DNA of 64,000 bases from positions 1-64,000 of IMG/VR virus record IMGVR_UViG_3300023174_003433, one strand, 5' to 3'. Position 1 is the first letter of the stretch. Every line of letters begins with the position of its first letter. This DNA is from a virus. Below are positions 44,529 through 55,000 of this stretch, piece after piece. The position numbers were made by a program, and so were the translations under genes. The notes under the pieces were generated by a model. The model did not search any database. It was not told the DNA's origin and was given only the letters and a program-made list of their open reading frames with translations.

Positions 44529-47429
44529 TTAAGCTTGTGCCTCTGACCAACTAAAACGAGCGGCAACGTTAGCTGCACCACCTAATGGAGTAATACACAA
44601 AGTTAAAATATCTGGACCATCAGGATAAATTTGCAATGCTGTGTTTGATACGGCATTGTTTACACCGCCACCTAAAATACTATTACCAATATCACGCAAC
44701 CTTACTAAATCTTGAGAATCTGTATTATTTGCTGGTGTAAAGCCGGTCCAAATTGATTCACCACCATTAATTACAGCTGCTGGTCCATGAATAGCATACT
44801 GTGCTAAAGAAGAACCTCCAACTGGCAGATAAGTTCCTGAAGAAACACGACCATTCAAAACCAATTCAGCACGAACAGCATTATTAGAAGCAAAAATACC
44901 TATTGAAGCGGGAGCTAATTGCATACGGTTAATAATTTCACGTTGTCCTAAAACACCAGCAGTACCATTGTCAATTGATGGTGCTAGGCGAACACTAAAC
45001 ACCGGATAACGTATTGCTGGGCTTGGATATGTTTGTTGAGTATTTTGTCCAAAATTAAAAATAAATGATTTATCATCATCATAACGGCCGTCCATAATTA
45101 CAGAAGAACCCCAGTGACTAACTGTTGATGCTTGGCCAGGTGAATAAGATTCAACACGAACAGGAGCTGTACCACCAGGATTGACTGCTGTAGCACCAGT
45201 AACGGTAAATGTTGTTGCTGTGCTAGTACCTAAAGCAATACCACCAGTATTTGCTGAGTTGCGTTGTAGTCCTGTAAATGTTGTTGCTGTTTTACCTGTG
45301 TAGTAAATATATTCAATTGCACCACCAGTATCAGCAGCTGCATAAACTAATAATACACCAACAGGTGGGAAGAATGTTGTATCATTAACTGTCATTGATG
45401 TTGCACCAGCAGCCAATGTAGCAGTTAAGAATGTTGTAACAGGAATTGTATTTGTTTCGTAACGAGCAGGCAAGTTACCAGAACGCATATATGCTTCTGT
45501 GTTGATGTTGTTGTTTGGCATACGATGGCAATAAATTACTTCTCCACGAGTGTTCTTAAATCCGAAACGAACAGCACCTGCACCATACCAAGAATAGTCG
45601 GCATAGAACATTTGCATTCTTGTTAAATCTAGATTGAATAAACTTGCACCAGTGCCATCACACCGGTCAATATTCCATTGCGATTGAGGTACACGTAAAT
45701 CAACTGTTTTACTAATTTGGCAAGCAGACGATGTTACGCCACGATACTCAGGATAAATGTACATTAAAGTATCAGATACAATTGTTTGTACCAGATATGA
45801 TTGGCCACGAATGACAATATAATCATTTGGTTTTAGTTGTTGACTGAAACGAGTGCTTGTACCAAATACAGCACCGTTACCAGAAACAACAGAACCAACA
45901 CCAGATAATTGTAATGTGCTTGAACGTCTAACTGCATATAATGTTTGGCCATCATATTCAAAGAAGAAACCGTTTTGTGAATCAAACATACCAACACGAT
46001 TAGCAGCACCATACCAAGAATATGGTGAAACATTTAGTGGAAATCCAGATGCTGTTGCAGATGATGGTACTGAGTTTGCTGTGTAAGTAAACTGTAAAGG
46101 AGTATTTGCACCAGTCACGGTAAACAATCCATTGTATGCCGTTTCTGTTGCACCTGAAATTAAAATTTGTGAGTTGGCACCAAGACCATGAGCGAACTTG
46201 GTTGTTACTGTACAAGTCGTACCAGAACTTGTAATACCATCAGTTGCAACTGCTGGTTTTAGAATAGAACCGGTTGAAAATTGAATACCTTTACCGGACT
46301 GATAACGGAATTGACGGCGTGTCTGACGAATAACTTGATAACCATGGAATGGAGATACGTTAGAGAATTGAACACCGCCATCAAATGGACGATGCTGAAC
46401 ATAACCTAATGGACGTGGATAAATTGACGCATTGGCGGGAGCTGTAATTGTTCCTGTTGCGGCACAAGAGAATGTAAATATGTTAGTATTAGGTGTATTA
46501 GCAACAACCCAAGAACTGTTAATAAGTCCTGTATTGCCTGTGGCACCAGTAACATAAAATCCATCACCGACTCGAAAGCCATGAGCATTGGCTGTTGTGA
46601 TTGTACCAACTACACCGTTCAAAACGATGGTACCACCTGCTGCACCTGAAGAAGGTAACGCAGCGCCAGTATAATATGCACCAATAAATAAAACTGTTTT
46701 ATTAGAATCAAATAAAGCAGCTGCAGGAGTGTTTATTACTGTATATGTAAAGTTGGCATTAGGAGAAACGCCTTCAACAATCCACCATCCATCAGCGTTA
46801 GCATTATCTAAAGTACCTTGTACAAAAATAGGAGTGCCAGCAGTAATACCTGTTGTATTATTAATTGCTACTGTTACTGTTTTACCGGATGCTGTAACGT
46901 TAGTAATTTGATATGAACCAGCAGAACCAACGTTAGTAGAACCAACAAATGCTACGTTAGCAGAAATGTTTGAAATACTTTGTGTAGGATCATAAAAAGC
47001 ACCAGGACGATTGTTAAGAAGATTAATTGATTCCCATTTTGTTGGCTGAGGACCATATTCAAAGTCTGTATCAATCAATGCCTGTGGAGTAGATACACGC
47101 ATTTTGTCCACAGGATCACGTAAAACTTCATTTGGAGTAATTTCTTGATAAGTTTCTTCTGTAAGAATAGATAACTTATCTGTCGAGTTCATCGAGCCAG
47201 TAGCAAAAGCTAATACAATAGTGGTTGTTTCTAAACCACTAACTGTATTGGACGAATTGGTAAATGAAGTTGCTTGAAGTGCTGGATCGGAGAAATTATA
47301 AATGACTGTGCCAGAAGTTGTATTGGTAATCAATAACAACTGCTCTCTACGAATGTTTTTACCAGATACCGTAACGGTTCTTGTTGACGGGGTAAATGTG
47401 TAACTTTCTAATATAACATGCTTTGCCAT
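44529..47429 (-). CDS. large virion structural protein
   Basis: KMRVSTPQALIDTDFEYG; repeated T...HG....G..I.V.G modules; RQFRYQSGKG. Confidence 0.75.
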   Translation of the reverse strand: MAKHVILESYTFTPSTRTVTVSGKNIRREQLLLITNTTSGTVIYNFSDPALQATSFTNSSNTVSGLETTTIVLAFATGSMNSTDKLSILTEETYQEITPNEVLRDPVDKMRVSTPQALIDTDFEYGPQPTKWESINLLNNRPGAFYDPTQSISNISANVAFVGSTNVGSAGSYQITNVTASGKTVTVAINNTTGITAGTPIFVQGTLDNANADGWWIVEGVSPNANFTYTVINTPAAALFDSNKTVLFIGAYYTGAALPSSGAAGGTIVLNGVVGTITTANAHGFRVGDGFYVTGATGNTGLINSSWVVANTPNTNIFTFSCAATGTITAPANASIYPRPLGYVQHRPFDGGVQFSNVSPFHGYQVIRQTRRQFRYQSGKGIQFSTGSILKPAVATDGITSSGTTCTVTTKFAHGLGANSQILISGATETAYNGLFTVTGANTPLQFTYTANSVPSSATASGFPLNVSPYSWYGAANRVGMFDSQNGFFFEYDGQTLYAVRRSSTLQLSGVGSVVSGNGAVFGTSTRFSQQLKPNDYIVIRGQSYLVQTIVSDTLMYIYPEYRGVTSSACQISKTVDLRVPQSQWNIDRCDGTGASLFNLDLTRMQMFYADYSWYGAGAVRFGFKNTRGEVIYCHRMPNNNINTEAYMRSGNLPARYETNTIPVTTFLTATLAAGATSMTVNDTTFFPPVGVLLVYAAADTGGAIEYIYYTGKTATTFTGLQRNSANTGGIALGTSTATTFTVTGATAVNPGGTAPVRVESYSPGQASTVSHWGSSVIMDGRYDDDKSFIFNFGQNTQQTYPSPAIRYPVFSVRLAPSIDNGTAGVLGQREIINRMQLAPASIGIFASNNAVRAELVLNGRVSSGTYLPVGGSSLAQYAIHGPAAVINGGESIWTGFTPANNTDSQDLVRLRDIGNSILGGGVNNAVSNTALQIYPDGPDILTLCITPLGGAANVAARFSWSEAQA

Positions 47430-47433
47430 TTAA

Positions 47434-50019
47434 TTAATCTCCTAGTGCTATAGTAGCGGCTGAATATGGATATCTTCTATTTTGTGAAGCTGATGAACTA
47501 TTTATAAGCGTTAGAATCGCTTGGTCACCTGGTGCAGGTGGGTTGTAAATTACCAATTGAGAACTGGTATTACTACTTACCACCCTATGACCTTTAAAGG
47601 AATCATATGGTATTAACCATGGGTACCGAATCTCTGTTACATACGGTGCCAATTTAGCACCATTAATAATGACTTCCAGATTTCTGGAGTTCATAATGTT
47701 AATTACATTTGACTGTTCCGACCTCAAATCAAATACACATTTAAGGTTATCAAACTGATTAGTAATATCATTTAGAACTACGGATGGTGATGGAGTGACT
47801 ACGTTATTTGCAAGAACTGAAGTTACTATCTCAACACCACCAGAAACAAATACAGTATTGGAAATTAAATTTCCTGTTAGAACTATTGTATTGTTAGAAG
47901 CAACAAAGAATGAATTACTATTACTTAAATAACCTGTTGAGTTAGCAACGATGATTGTATTGGCTAACCATCCAAATCCGCCACCTGTGGCAGCTGTTGT
48001 TTGTTTTGTGCCATCAGCAAACGTAATACCATTGGAACCAGCAAAAAATGTATTGGCTGCACTAATGTTTGTATTGGAATAAATGGCACCATTGGCATAT
48101 AAAGCCCAAGAATTAGTTACAGTAAGATTCGTATTAGCAACATTAATTGATGGAGCATTTATATGAACTGTTGATAAATTTCTATAAGTTACTGGTGCAG
48201 GTGCATTTCTTAATATTGGACCAATAAAATAATTATAATATATTGGTTCTGCTATTGTTCCTGTATCGGAGATATCCACAAAAGTGGATCCTTTAACAAA
48301 TAAACTTCCTCCTAAAGCACTACCAAAGGGTCCACTTAGATTACGCAAAGAAAAGCCGTTATTGGTGCTACCACTGGTAGTTAAACCATTTTGTAAAACG
48401 GTGCCTCCGGTACTCGTAAAACTAAACGATGTCAATGAGGCAATCCAGCTAGCACCGGCGATGTAGGCACCACCAGCCATTTGTAAACTACCCGCCACCG
48501 GAAAACTACTTCCAGCATTTGTTCCAGTGAGTACCAAATTAGCCGCAGTGAATGTATTGGCTAATTGTAAATTATTATTAGATTGAAAAAATTGTAAATT
48601 ACTTGTGTTTGAAAGATAACCAGTAGAGTTAGCAACGATAACTGTATTGGCTGTCCAGCTAGATAATGTTTGATTGATTGCTGTATTACTATAATCCAAC
48701 CTTACATTCTGGCTGTTATCTACACCTTGTATAATAGTAATGGCTGTGTTACTGTAATCAATTCTTACATTTTGGCTTGCATCAGTACCTTCAATTACAG
48801 TTAATCTGGTATTTTGAGTAACATCAGTGCCTTGAATAATGGTGATGGCTGTATTACTATAATCCAACCTTACATTCTGGCTAGCATCTGTACCTTCAAT
48901 TACAGTTAATCTGGTATTTTGAGTAACATCAGTACCTTGAATTATGGTGATGGCTGTATTACTATAATCCAACCTTACATTCTGGCTAGCATCAACACCA
49001 TCCGCAATGGTCATTCTAGCGTTCTGGCTAGTATCAGTACCTTCTATAATAACCATTCTAGCATTTTGGCTTACATCTGTACCTTCAATAATAACCATTC
49101 TAGCATTTTGGCTAGTGTCTGTACCTTGAATTATGGTGATAGCTGCATTGCTATAATCTAAACGGACATTTTGGCTTGCATCAGTACCTTCAATTACAGT
49201 AAGTCTGGTGTTCTGGCCAACATCCACACCTTGAACAATAGTAATGGCTGTATTGCTATAATCCAATCTTACGTTTTGGCTAGTATCAGTACCTTGAATA
49301 ATAGTTATAGCTGTATTGCTATAATCTATTCTAACGTTTTGACTAGCATCTACACCATCCGCAATGGTCATTCTAGCATTTTGGCTAGTATCAACACCTT
49401 GAATTATGGTGATAGCTGCATTGCTGAAATCTAACCTTACATTCTGACTAGCATCTACACCTTGAATAATGATAGTGTTTGCCGAGGCACTATTTGCAGT
49501 ATCTCTGGCCGCTTGGTCAATCGATGTGCCGCCACCGCCACCACCAGAACCCATAACCCAAGGTAATCCGTTAGCCGCATATCGTAATATGTCAGTATAG
49601 ATACCATTTGATCCTGCACTTGTGCCACCAACATAGATATTACCTGTTACACCGACACCACCAAAAACAACTAGTTCACCAGTCGTATTTGAATTTGAGG
49701 TTGTTGCAGATGTGTTGGCACCAATAACAACACTACCATTGTATTGTGCTAGATTAACACGACCAGTATCCAGCACCTCAATACTAGGAATACCAGAGAT
49801 GTCATTGACGGAGAATAAAGAACCAGTTAGATTGTTGGTAATTGAGAATAGTTGACCAGCAGAACCTTCAAATGATAGAGTTCCATTAGATGTAGGATAA
49901 GCCCGAATGGTGATATTGGCTGAATTGGATGTGGTATTGGCCGCAGAAAAGACAATCGTAGGATCATTATTGGATCCAACATTGGGCGTTATTAGGATAT
50001 TTTTATCTAGATTACTCAT
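47434..50019 (-). CDS. fibre protein with heptad-module stalk
   Basis: LSFEGSAGQLFSITNNLTG head; IIQGxDxSQNVRLDYSNTAIT repeats. Confidence 0.78.
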   Translation of the reverse strand: MSNLDKNILITPNVGSNNDPTIVFSAANTTSNSANITIRAYPTSNGTLSFEGSAGQLFSITNNLTGSLFSVNDISGIPSIEVLDTGRVNLAQYNGSVVIGANTSATTSNSNTTGELVVFGGVGVTGNIYVGGTSAGSNGIYTDILRYAANGLPWVMGSGGGGGGTSIDQAARDTANSASANTIIIQGVDASQNVRLDFSNAAITIIQGVDTSQNARMTIADGVDASQNVRIDYSNTAITIIQGTDTSQNVRLDYSNTAITIVQGVDVGQNTRLTVIEGTDASQNVRLDYSNAAITIIQGTDTSQNARMVIIEGTDVSQNARMVIIEGTDTSQNARMTIADGVDASQNVRLDYSNTAITIIQGTDVTQNTRLTVIEGTDASQNVRLDYSNTAITIIQGTDVTQNTRLTVIEGTDASQNVRIDYSNTAITIIQGVDNSQNVRLDYSNTAINQTLSSWTANTVIVANSTGYLSNTSNLQFFQSNNNLQLANTFTAANLVLTGTNAGSSFPVAGSLQMAGGAYIAGASWIASLTSFSFTSTGGTVLQNGLTTSGSTNNGFSLRNLSGPFGSALGGSLFVKGSTFVDISDTGTIAEPIYYNYFIGPILRNAPAPVTYRNLSTVHINAPSINVANTNLTVTNSWALYANGAIYSNTNISAANTFFAGSNGITFADGTKQTTAATGGGFGWLANTIIVANSTGYLSNSNSFFVASNNTIVLTGNLISNTVFVSGGVEIVTSVLANNVVTPSPSVVLNDITNQFDNLKCVFDLRSEQSNVINIMNSRNLEVIINGAKLAPYVTEIRYPWLIPYDSFKGHRVVSSNTSSQLVIYNPPAPGDQAILTLINSSSASQNRRYPYSAATIALGD
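48670..49470 (-). repeat. coding 21/42/63-nt modular repeats
   Basis: heptad modules SQNVRLD, YSNTAIT, IIQGTDx. Confidence 0.85.
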
Positions 50020-50046
50020 TGAACATTCTTCTTATTGGTTACCTAT

Positions 50047-50054
50047 TATTTATA
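50047..50054 (-). promoter_or_regulatory. late promoter TATAAATA
   Basis: exact consensus upstream of the fibre gene 47434..50019. Confidence 0.75.
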
Positions 50055-50769
50055 GACCGTATCTTCCACGGCTGGCATTGAAATTGTTTAAAACTTCATT
50101 ACCAGAAAGTTCTATGGTGTAACATCTTATTGCATAAATGTCTGAATTGGTGGCATAATTTTTATCATTTGACCATCCACCAATACATAAAGTATCTCCA
50201 TATGCATTCATTCCATTATTACTAAGATAATCAAATGTACTGGTTGCTATCAACACACCATTGATATAGCTTTTAACAATACCATTATTATAAGTCATTA
50301 CGGAATGCACAATTGTTCCTGGTGCCACAGTAGCAACGTTTGCAACTAAAGCTCCTGTCCAACAGTTACCCGTTTTAATGGCGTGTTGTATGATAGTATT
50401 TGCTCCATCGGGAGCCAAATAAATTCCACCATGGCAACCAATTCTACCCACAAGAAATGATTCACCTGAAACTGGAGATGAGATGTTTTTCCATAAACCT
50501 TCTAATGACCAAGTGCCTGTTAAATTTGTACTTTTTAAAACTCCCTCATTAAAACTGGCGGACATCCAAGATTTATTGGTACTTGGATTTGTATTATCAT
50601 TTCTAACCTGAAATGAATTGGCTGTAAATGTAACAGAATTGGCTGTTATTGTATAATTTTTATTTGAAAGGTCTTTTACTGAAGTACTTAAATTTGATTT
50701 GGAATTATTTGCATCCAAATAAAATATCAGGCCTGCAGTAGTAACAAGAGGTCCACCAAATACACTCAT
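50050..50769 (-). CDS. LamG/concanavalin A-like domain protein
   Basis: GLIFYLDANN...YINGVL...EVLNNFNASRGRYGL. Confidence 0.8.
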   Translation of the reverse strand: MSVFGGPLVTTAGLIFYLDANNSKSNLSTSVKDLSNKNYTITANSVTFTANSFQVRNDNTNPSTNKSWMSASFNEGVLKSTNLTGTWSLEGLWKNISSPVSGESFLVGRIGCHGGIYLAPDGANTIIQHAIKTGNCWTGALVANVATVAPGTIVHSVMTYNNGIVKSYINGVLIATSTFDYLSNNGMNAYGDTLCIGGWSNDKNYATNSDIYAIRCYTIELSGNEVLNNFNASRGRYGL

Positions 50770-51410
50770 AGTTGATACCTTCCACGAGTAGCATTAAAGT
50801 TTTGTTGTATTTCTTGTGCAGTTAATACACGATCATATACAAAAGCTCCGTTTATTTGTCCTTGAAAATTGTTACTATTACCATATGCTGCAACCTGCAC
50901 ATCTCCAGTACCGGTGAAAGTAGTAGTTGCTACGTCAGTATCTTCTAATAAACCATTTAAATATAATGCCCAACCTGTTGTAGTACTAAATGTAACTGCA
51001 CCAAAATACCATCGATTTGCTAAAAGAGATGTATTTGATTGAACGATATACCACGATCCATTGTGGCCAGAATTTAATTTATCACCACTCGACAACCAAA
51101 AAGCGTGTTGGCCATTATTACCACTCATAATATTATTGGTTGCTGCTAAATTTTGTGTTTGAAACCAAGCGCATTTTGTATACGCAGTTGAGTTTAAAAG
51201 ATTATTAGATGTACTAGCATACTGAGATCCGTTAAAAGAAAATATATTATTTGCTCCTACTGTTGGTGAACCAACTAGGGTAAAAGAGTTTGTATTGGTA
51301 CTTAAATTAGTCCATGTGGTACCTGAACCTGAATAACTTTTTGAATTAACTGAATCCAAATATAAAGTTAATCCGTTAGTAACAATAGAAGGTGAATGAT
51401 TAAGTCCCAT
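50766..51410 (-). CDS. LamG/concanavalin A-like domain protein
   Basis: GLTLYLDSVNSKSYSGSGTTW...WYFGAVTF..LYLNG..YDRVLTAQEIQQNFNA. Confidence 0.85.
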   Translation of the reverse strand: MGLNHSPSIVTNGLTLYLDSVNSKSYSGSGTTWTNLSTNTNSFTLVGSPTVGANNIFSFNGSQYASTSNNLLNSTAYTKCAWFQTQNLAATNNIMSGNNGQHAFWLSSGDKLNSGHNGSWYIVQSNTSLLANRWYFGAVTFSTTTGWALYLNGLLEDTDVATTTFTGTGDVQVAAYGNSNNFQGQINGAFVYDRVLTAQEIQQNFNATRGRYQL

Positions 51411-52081
51411 TATAGGTTATACCTTCCACGGAGGGCATTGAAGTTTTGTGTAATTTCTGCTGATGTTAATGTTCTATTATAAACTTTTACAGAAGATATA
51501 TCACCAGCATAGTTAATAAAGAAATTATTTAAATATATTAATGGTACATGAGCATATGCACCACCATCACCGTTGTACATAGTTTTTGGTGAATTGTTAA
51601 TATAGAATTGGTAGTTTGTTGTTTCCCAATTAAAAACGATGTGATTCCATCCAGCGCTTATACTATCCTTTATTGCTGTTCTATAATAAACAGAACTAAT
51701 GTATGACACAAAAGTTAAAGTTTCTCCCGTAACAAAGCCGGTTGAAGCTCCAAAAGTACAATAACCTTGACTAAAAGTATCATAATTAAAAAAGTTGGTA
51801 GGAGCCGATGCACTTGTTATCGTATTCGGTAAGTTGATCCAAAACTCACAACTGTACATGTAACTATTAGTATTACCAGAATTACCCATAGTGGCTGTTG
51901 TTGGTGAAAATGTTATGGCATTGTTTGCAAATGTTGGTGTCTGGGAAAATATTCCGTTATTATTACTACCACTTAAATCAGTCCATATTGTACCAGAACC
52001 AGGATAACTTTTTCGATTGGCTGCATCTAAAGCCAACACCAAACCACTAGTTACTATCTGTGGATTATAATTGGTGCCCAT
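51410..52081 (-). CDS. LamG/concanavalin A-like domain protein
   Basis: GLVLALDAANRKSYPGSGTIW...WNHIVF..YNRTLTSAEITQNFNA. Confidence 0.85.
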   Translation of the reverse strand: MGTNYNPQIVTSGLVLALDAANRKSYPGSGTIWTDLSGSNNNGIFSQTPTFANNAITFSPTTATMGNSGNTNSYMYSCEFWINLPNTITSASAPTNFFNYDTFSQGYCTFGASTGFVTGETLTFVSYISSVYYRTAIKDSISAGWNHIVFNWETTNYQFYINNSPKTMYNGDGGAYAHVPLIYLNNFFINYAGDISSVKVYNRTLTSAEITQNFNALRGRYNL

Positions 52082-52083
52082 AG

Positions 52084-55000
52084 TTAACCTTCTACATCAA
52101 GTTTATCTACGTCAGCTCTTTCTCCGTATACAACATAGTAACAATAAATTTCTTTTCTGAACCATCCATCATTATTAATGATAATTGTATTGTCTTTGAT
52201 TTCTTTTACGGAAAGTTTTTGATATTTACCAATAGGTGTAAGTGAAACAGTAATTGTATCGGTATCAACTAACTTAGTCCAGTAATCAGGCAACTCAATA
52301 ACATTAGAACCTTTTAATGTGCCACGAACATACACACCAAACTCTGGTCCCTCTAAAGAACCATAACGTAGGTCTTTGCCTTCTTTAGTTGGATGTGGAA
52401 TGTTGAATGACTTGGTTGTAGCATTAAGAGCACCAGAGATACCTACACCACCTTGAACTACAAGAGCACCAGTAGTTGTATTGGAACTTCCTGTGCCGTT
52501 TTGAATCTTAACTGGAGAAATGCCAGCAAAGATTACAGTATTGTTACCATCATCTTTGGAAATTGTGCCTCGTTGTATCAAAGCGTTTTGATTGTATACA
52601 CCAATGGAATTATTAAAATAATAATAAGCGGTGCCACCAAAAGCTACGCTGCCTGTTGCAACACTATCAGAATAAATAAAGTTTGCTTGACTTAATGTAA
52701 TACGATTTATAGCAGCAGCACTTGAAGCCAAATTCATCGACAGGTTGCCGGACAATCCAAGGCCACCATCAACAATCAGAGAACCTGTAGTATTACTTAT
52801 AGATGCTGCAGTGTTTTGAATTCTAACTGGAGAAGAACCAGCAAATAATACGGTGTTGTTACCTGTGTCATTTAAAATTACACCTCTAGCAACATAAGAA
52901 GATGTTGTGTAAAAATTGGAATTAATATTTAAAAAATTTCCAGTAAACTCTGCTCCACCAAATTGATTACTTCTCATAAAGTAATTGTCTGTCCAACCTA
53001 AACGGTAACTTTGTGCACCGTTTGTAGTTAAAAAGAAATTATTAGCAGCTGACATAAACAAGTTACCAGTAATACCAACACCACCAGAAACAACCAGAGA
53101 ACCTGTAGTGTTACTTGTTGATACTGTGTTTGAAGTGACTAAAAGTGTATTATTGGATGAGATAAAGAAAACGTTACTATTTGATAAGTAACCTGCTGAA
53201 TTAGCAACAACAATTGTATTAGCCAAATAATTAAATGAATCTGGTTCTGTATTGGCACGATTGAAAGCCGCTTGAGCAAGAACTGTACCTGTATTGGCTT
53301 GATTATAAGCAGATGCCATTTTGCCATCAGTTGCATTAATGGCAGTATTACTAAAGTCCAGCCTTACATTCTGGCTATTGTCCACACCTTGAGCAATGGT
53401 GAGAGCAGTATTACTGTAGTCCAATCTCACATTCTGGCTAGCATCAACACCTTCTATAATTGTCATTCTGGTGTTTTGACCAACATCCACGCCTTGAATA
53501 ATTGTTATAGCTGTATTGCTATAATCTATTCGAACATTCTGACTAGCATCAACACCAATAGTCACATTGGCTTGATCAAATGCCGCATTGGCTTTAATGA
53601 AAGCTCCGTTAGCATGGAAGTATGCAGCTACAGACCGAACATCAGCAGTATTGGCCACATTGTAAGCGCCTTGCATCTTATTATCTGTTGCGGCAATGTT
53701 GGTGTTTTGAGTTAAATCGACACCCTCAATAATGGTCATACGGGTATTGCTAAAATCTAATCTAGAATTTACATCTAATCCACCAACTCTTGCTGTAGTA
53801 GCAATTAAGTTACCTTTGAACCAGTTACCATGAATATTTGCTTTAGTAAATGATGCAGCGTTAACATTGATTACGTTACCTGATACCTCTGGTGTATAAC
53901 CTTGAAACGCATAGAATTCTTTTGTTAGGGCATCTCGAATCATACCGGCATGAGCATTCGTGCCATCATTATAGTGACCAACATAACCAATTGTTAAAGC
54001 ATCTGTATAGTAATTTCCTATACCAAGTTGAATTAAAGTATCTTCTACTTCAAACGAGGTTACATTAAGTGATATGGTGTTGCCAAGAACAACTAAGTTA
54101 CCTGTTACTGTAACATCATTACCAAATACCACATTGCCGGTTACTGTTTGACTTGCTGCACCAGTTAATGCTAATCGATTTGCTATATTAGTATTCTGTG
54201 TAACATCCACACCTTCAATGATCGTCATGCGAGCATTTTGGCCTGCATCGACACCATCAATAATATTCATCCGTGTGTTACTGAAATCCAATCTTACGTT
54301 TTGGCTTAAATCCACACCCTCGGATACAGTTAATCTGGTGTTTTGAGTTACATCTACACCTTGTATAATAGTAATGGCTGTATTGCTAAAATCTAACCGA
54401 ACGTTTTGGCTTAAATCAACACCTTCACTTACAACTATACGAGCATTTTGGCTAGTGTCGGTACCTTCAATGATGGTCATACGAGAATTTTGACCAACAT
54501 CCACACCTTGTATGATTGTTATAGCGGCATTACTGAAATCTAGCCTTACGTTTTGGCTTGCATCGGTACCTTCAATCACGGTCAATCTGGTGTTCTGTGT
54601 AACATCTACACCTTGGATGATGGTAATAGCCGTGTTACTAAAATCCAGCCTTACGTTCTGACTTGCATTGGTACCTTCAATGATGGCCATACGAGCATTT
54701 TGGCTGGTATCTGTACCCTCAATGATGGTCATTCTGTTGTTTTGGCCAACATCAACACCATCAATAATGTTCATTCTAGTGTTACTAAAATCCAATCTTA
54801 CATTCTGGCTTGCATCAACACCTTCAATGATAGTCATGCGAGCATTTTGGCCTGCATCAACACCATCAATAATGTTCATTCTAGTGTTACTAAAATCCAA
54901 TCTTACGTTTTGGCTTGCATCAGTACCTTCAATGATTGTCATGCGAGAATTCTGGCCAACATCCACACCTTGTATGATTGTTATAGCGGCATTACTAAAG

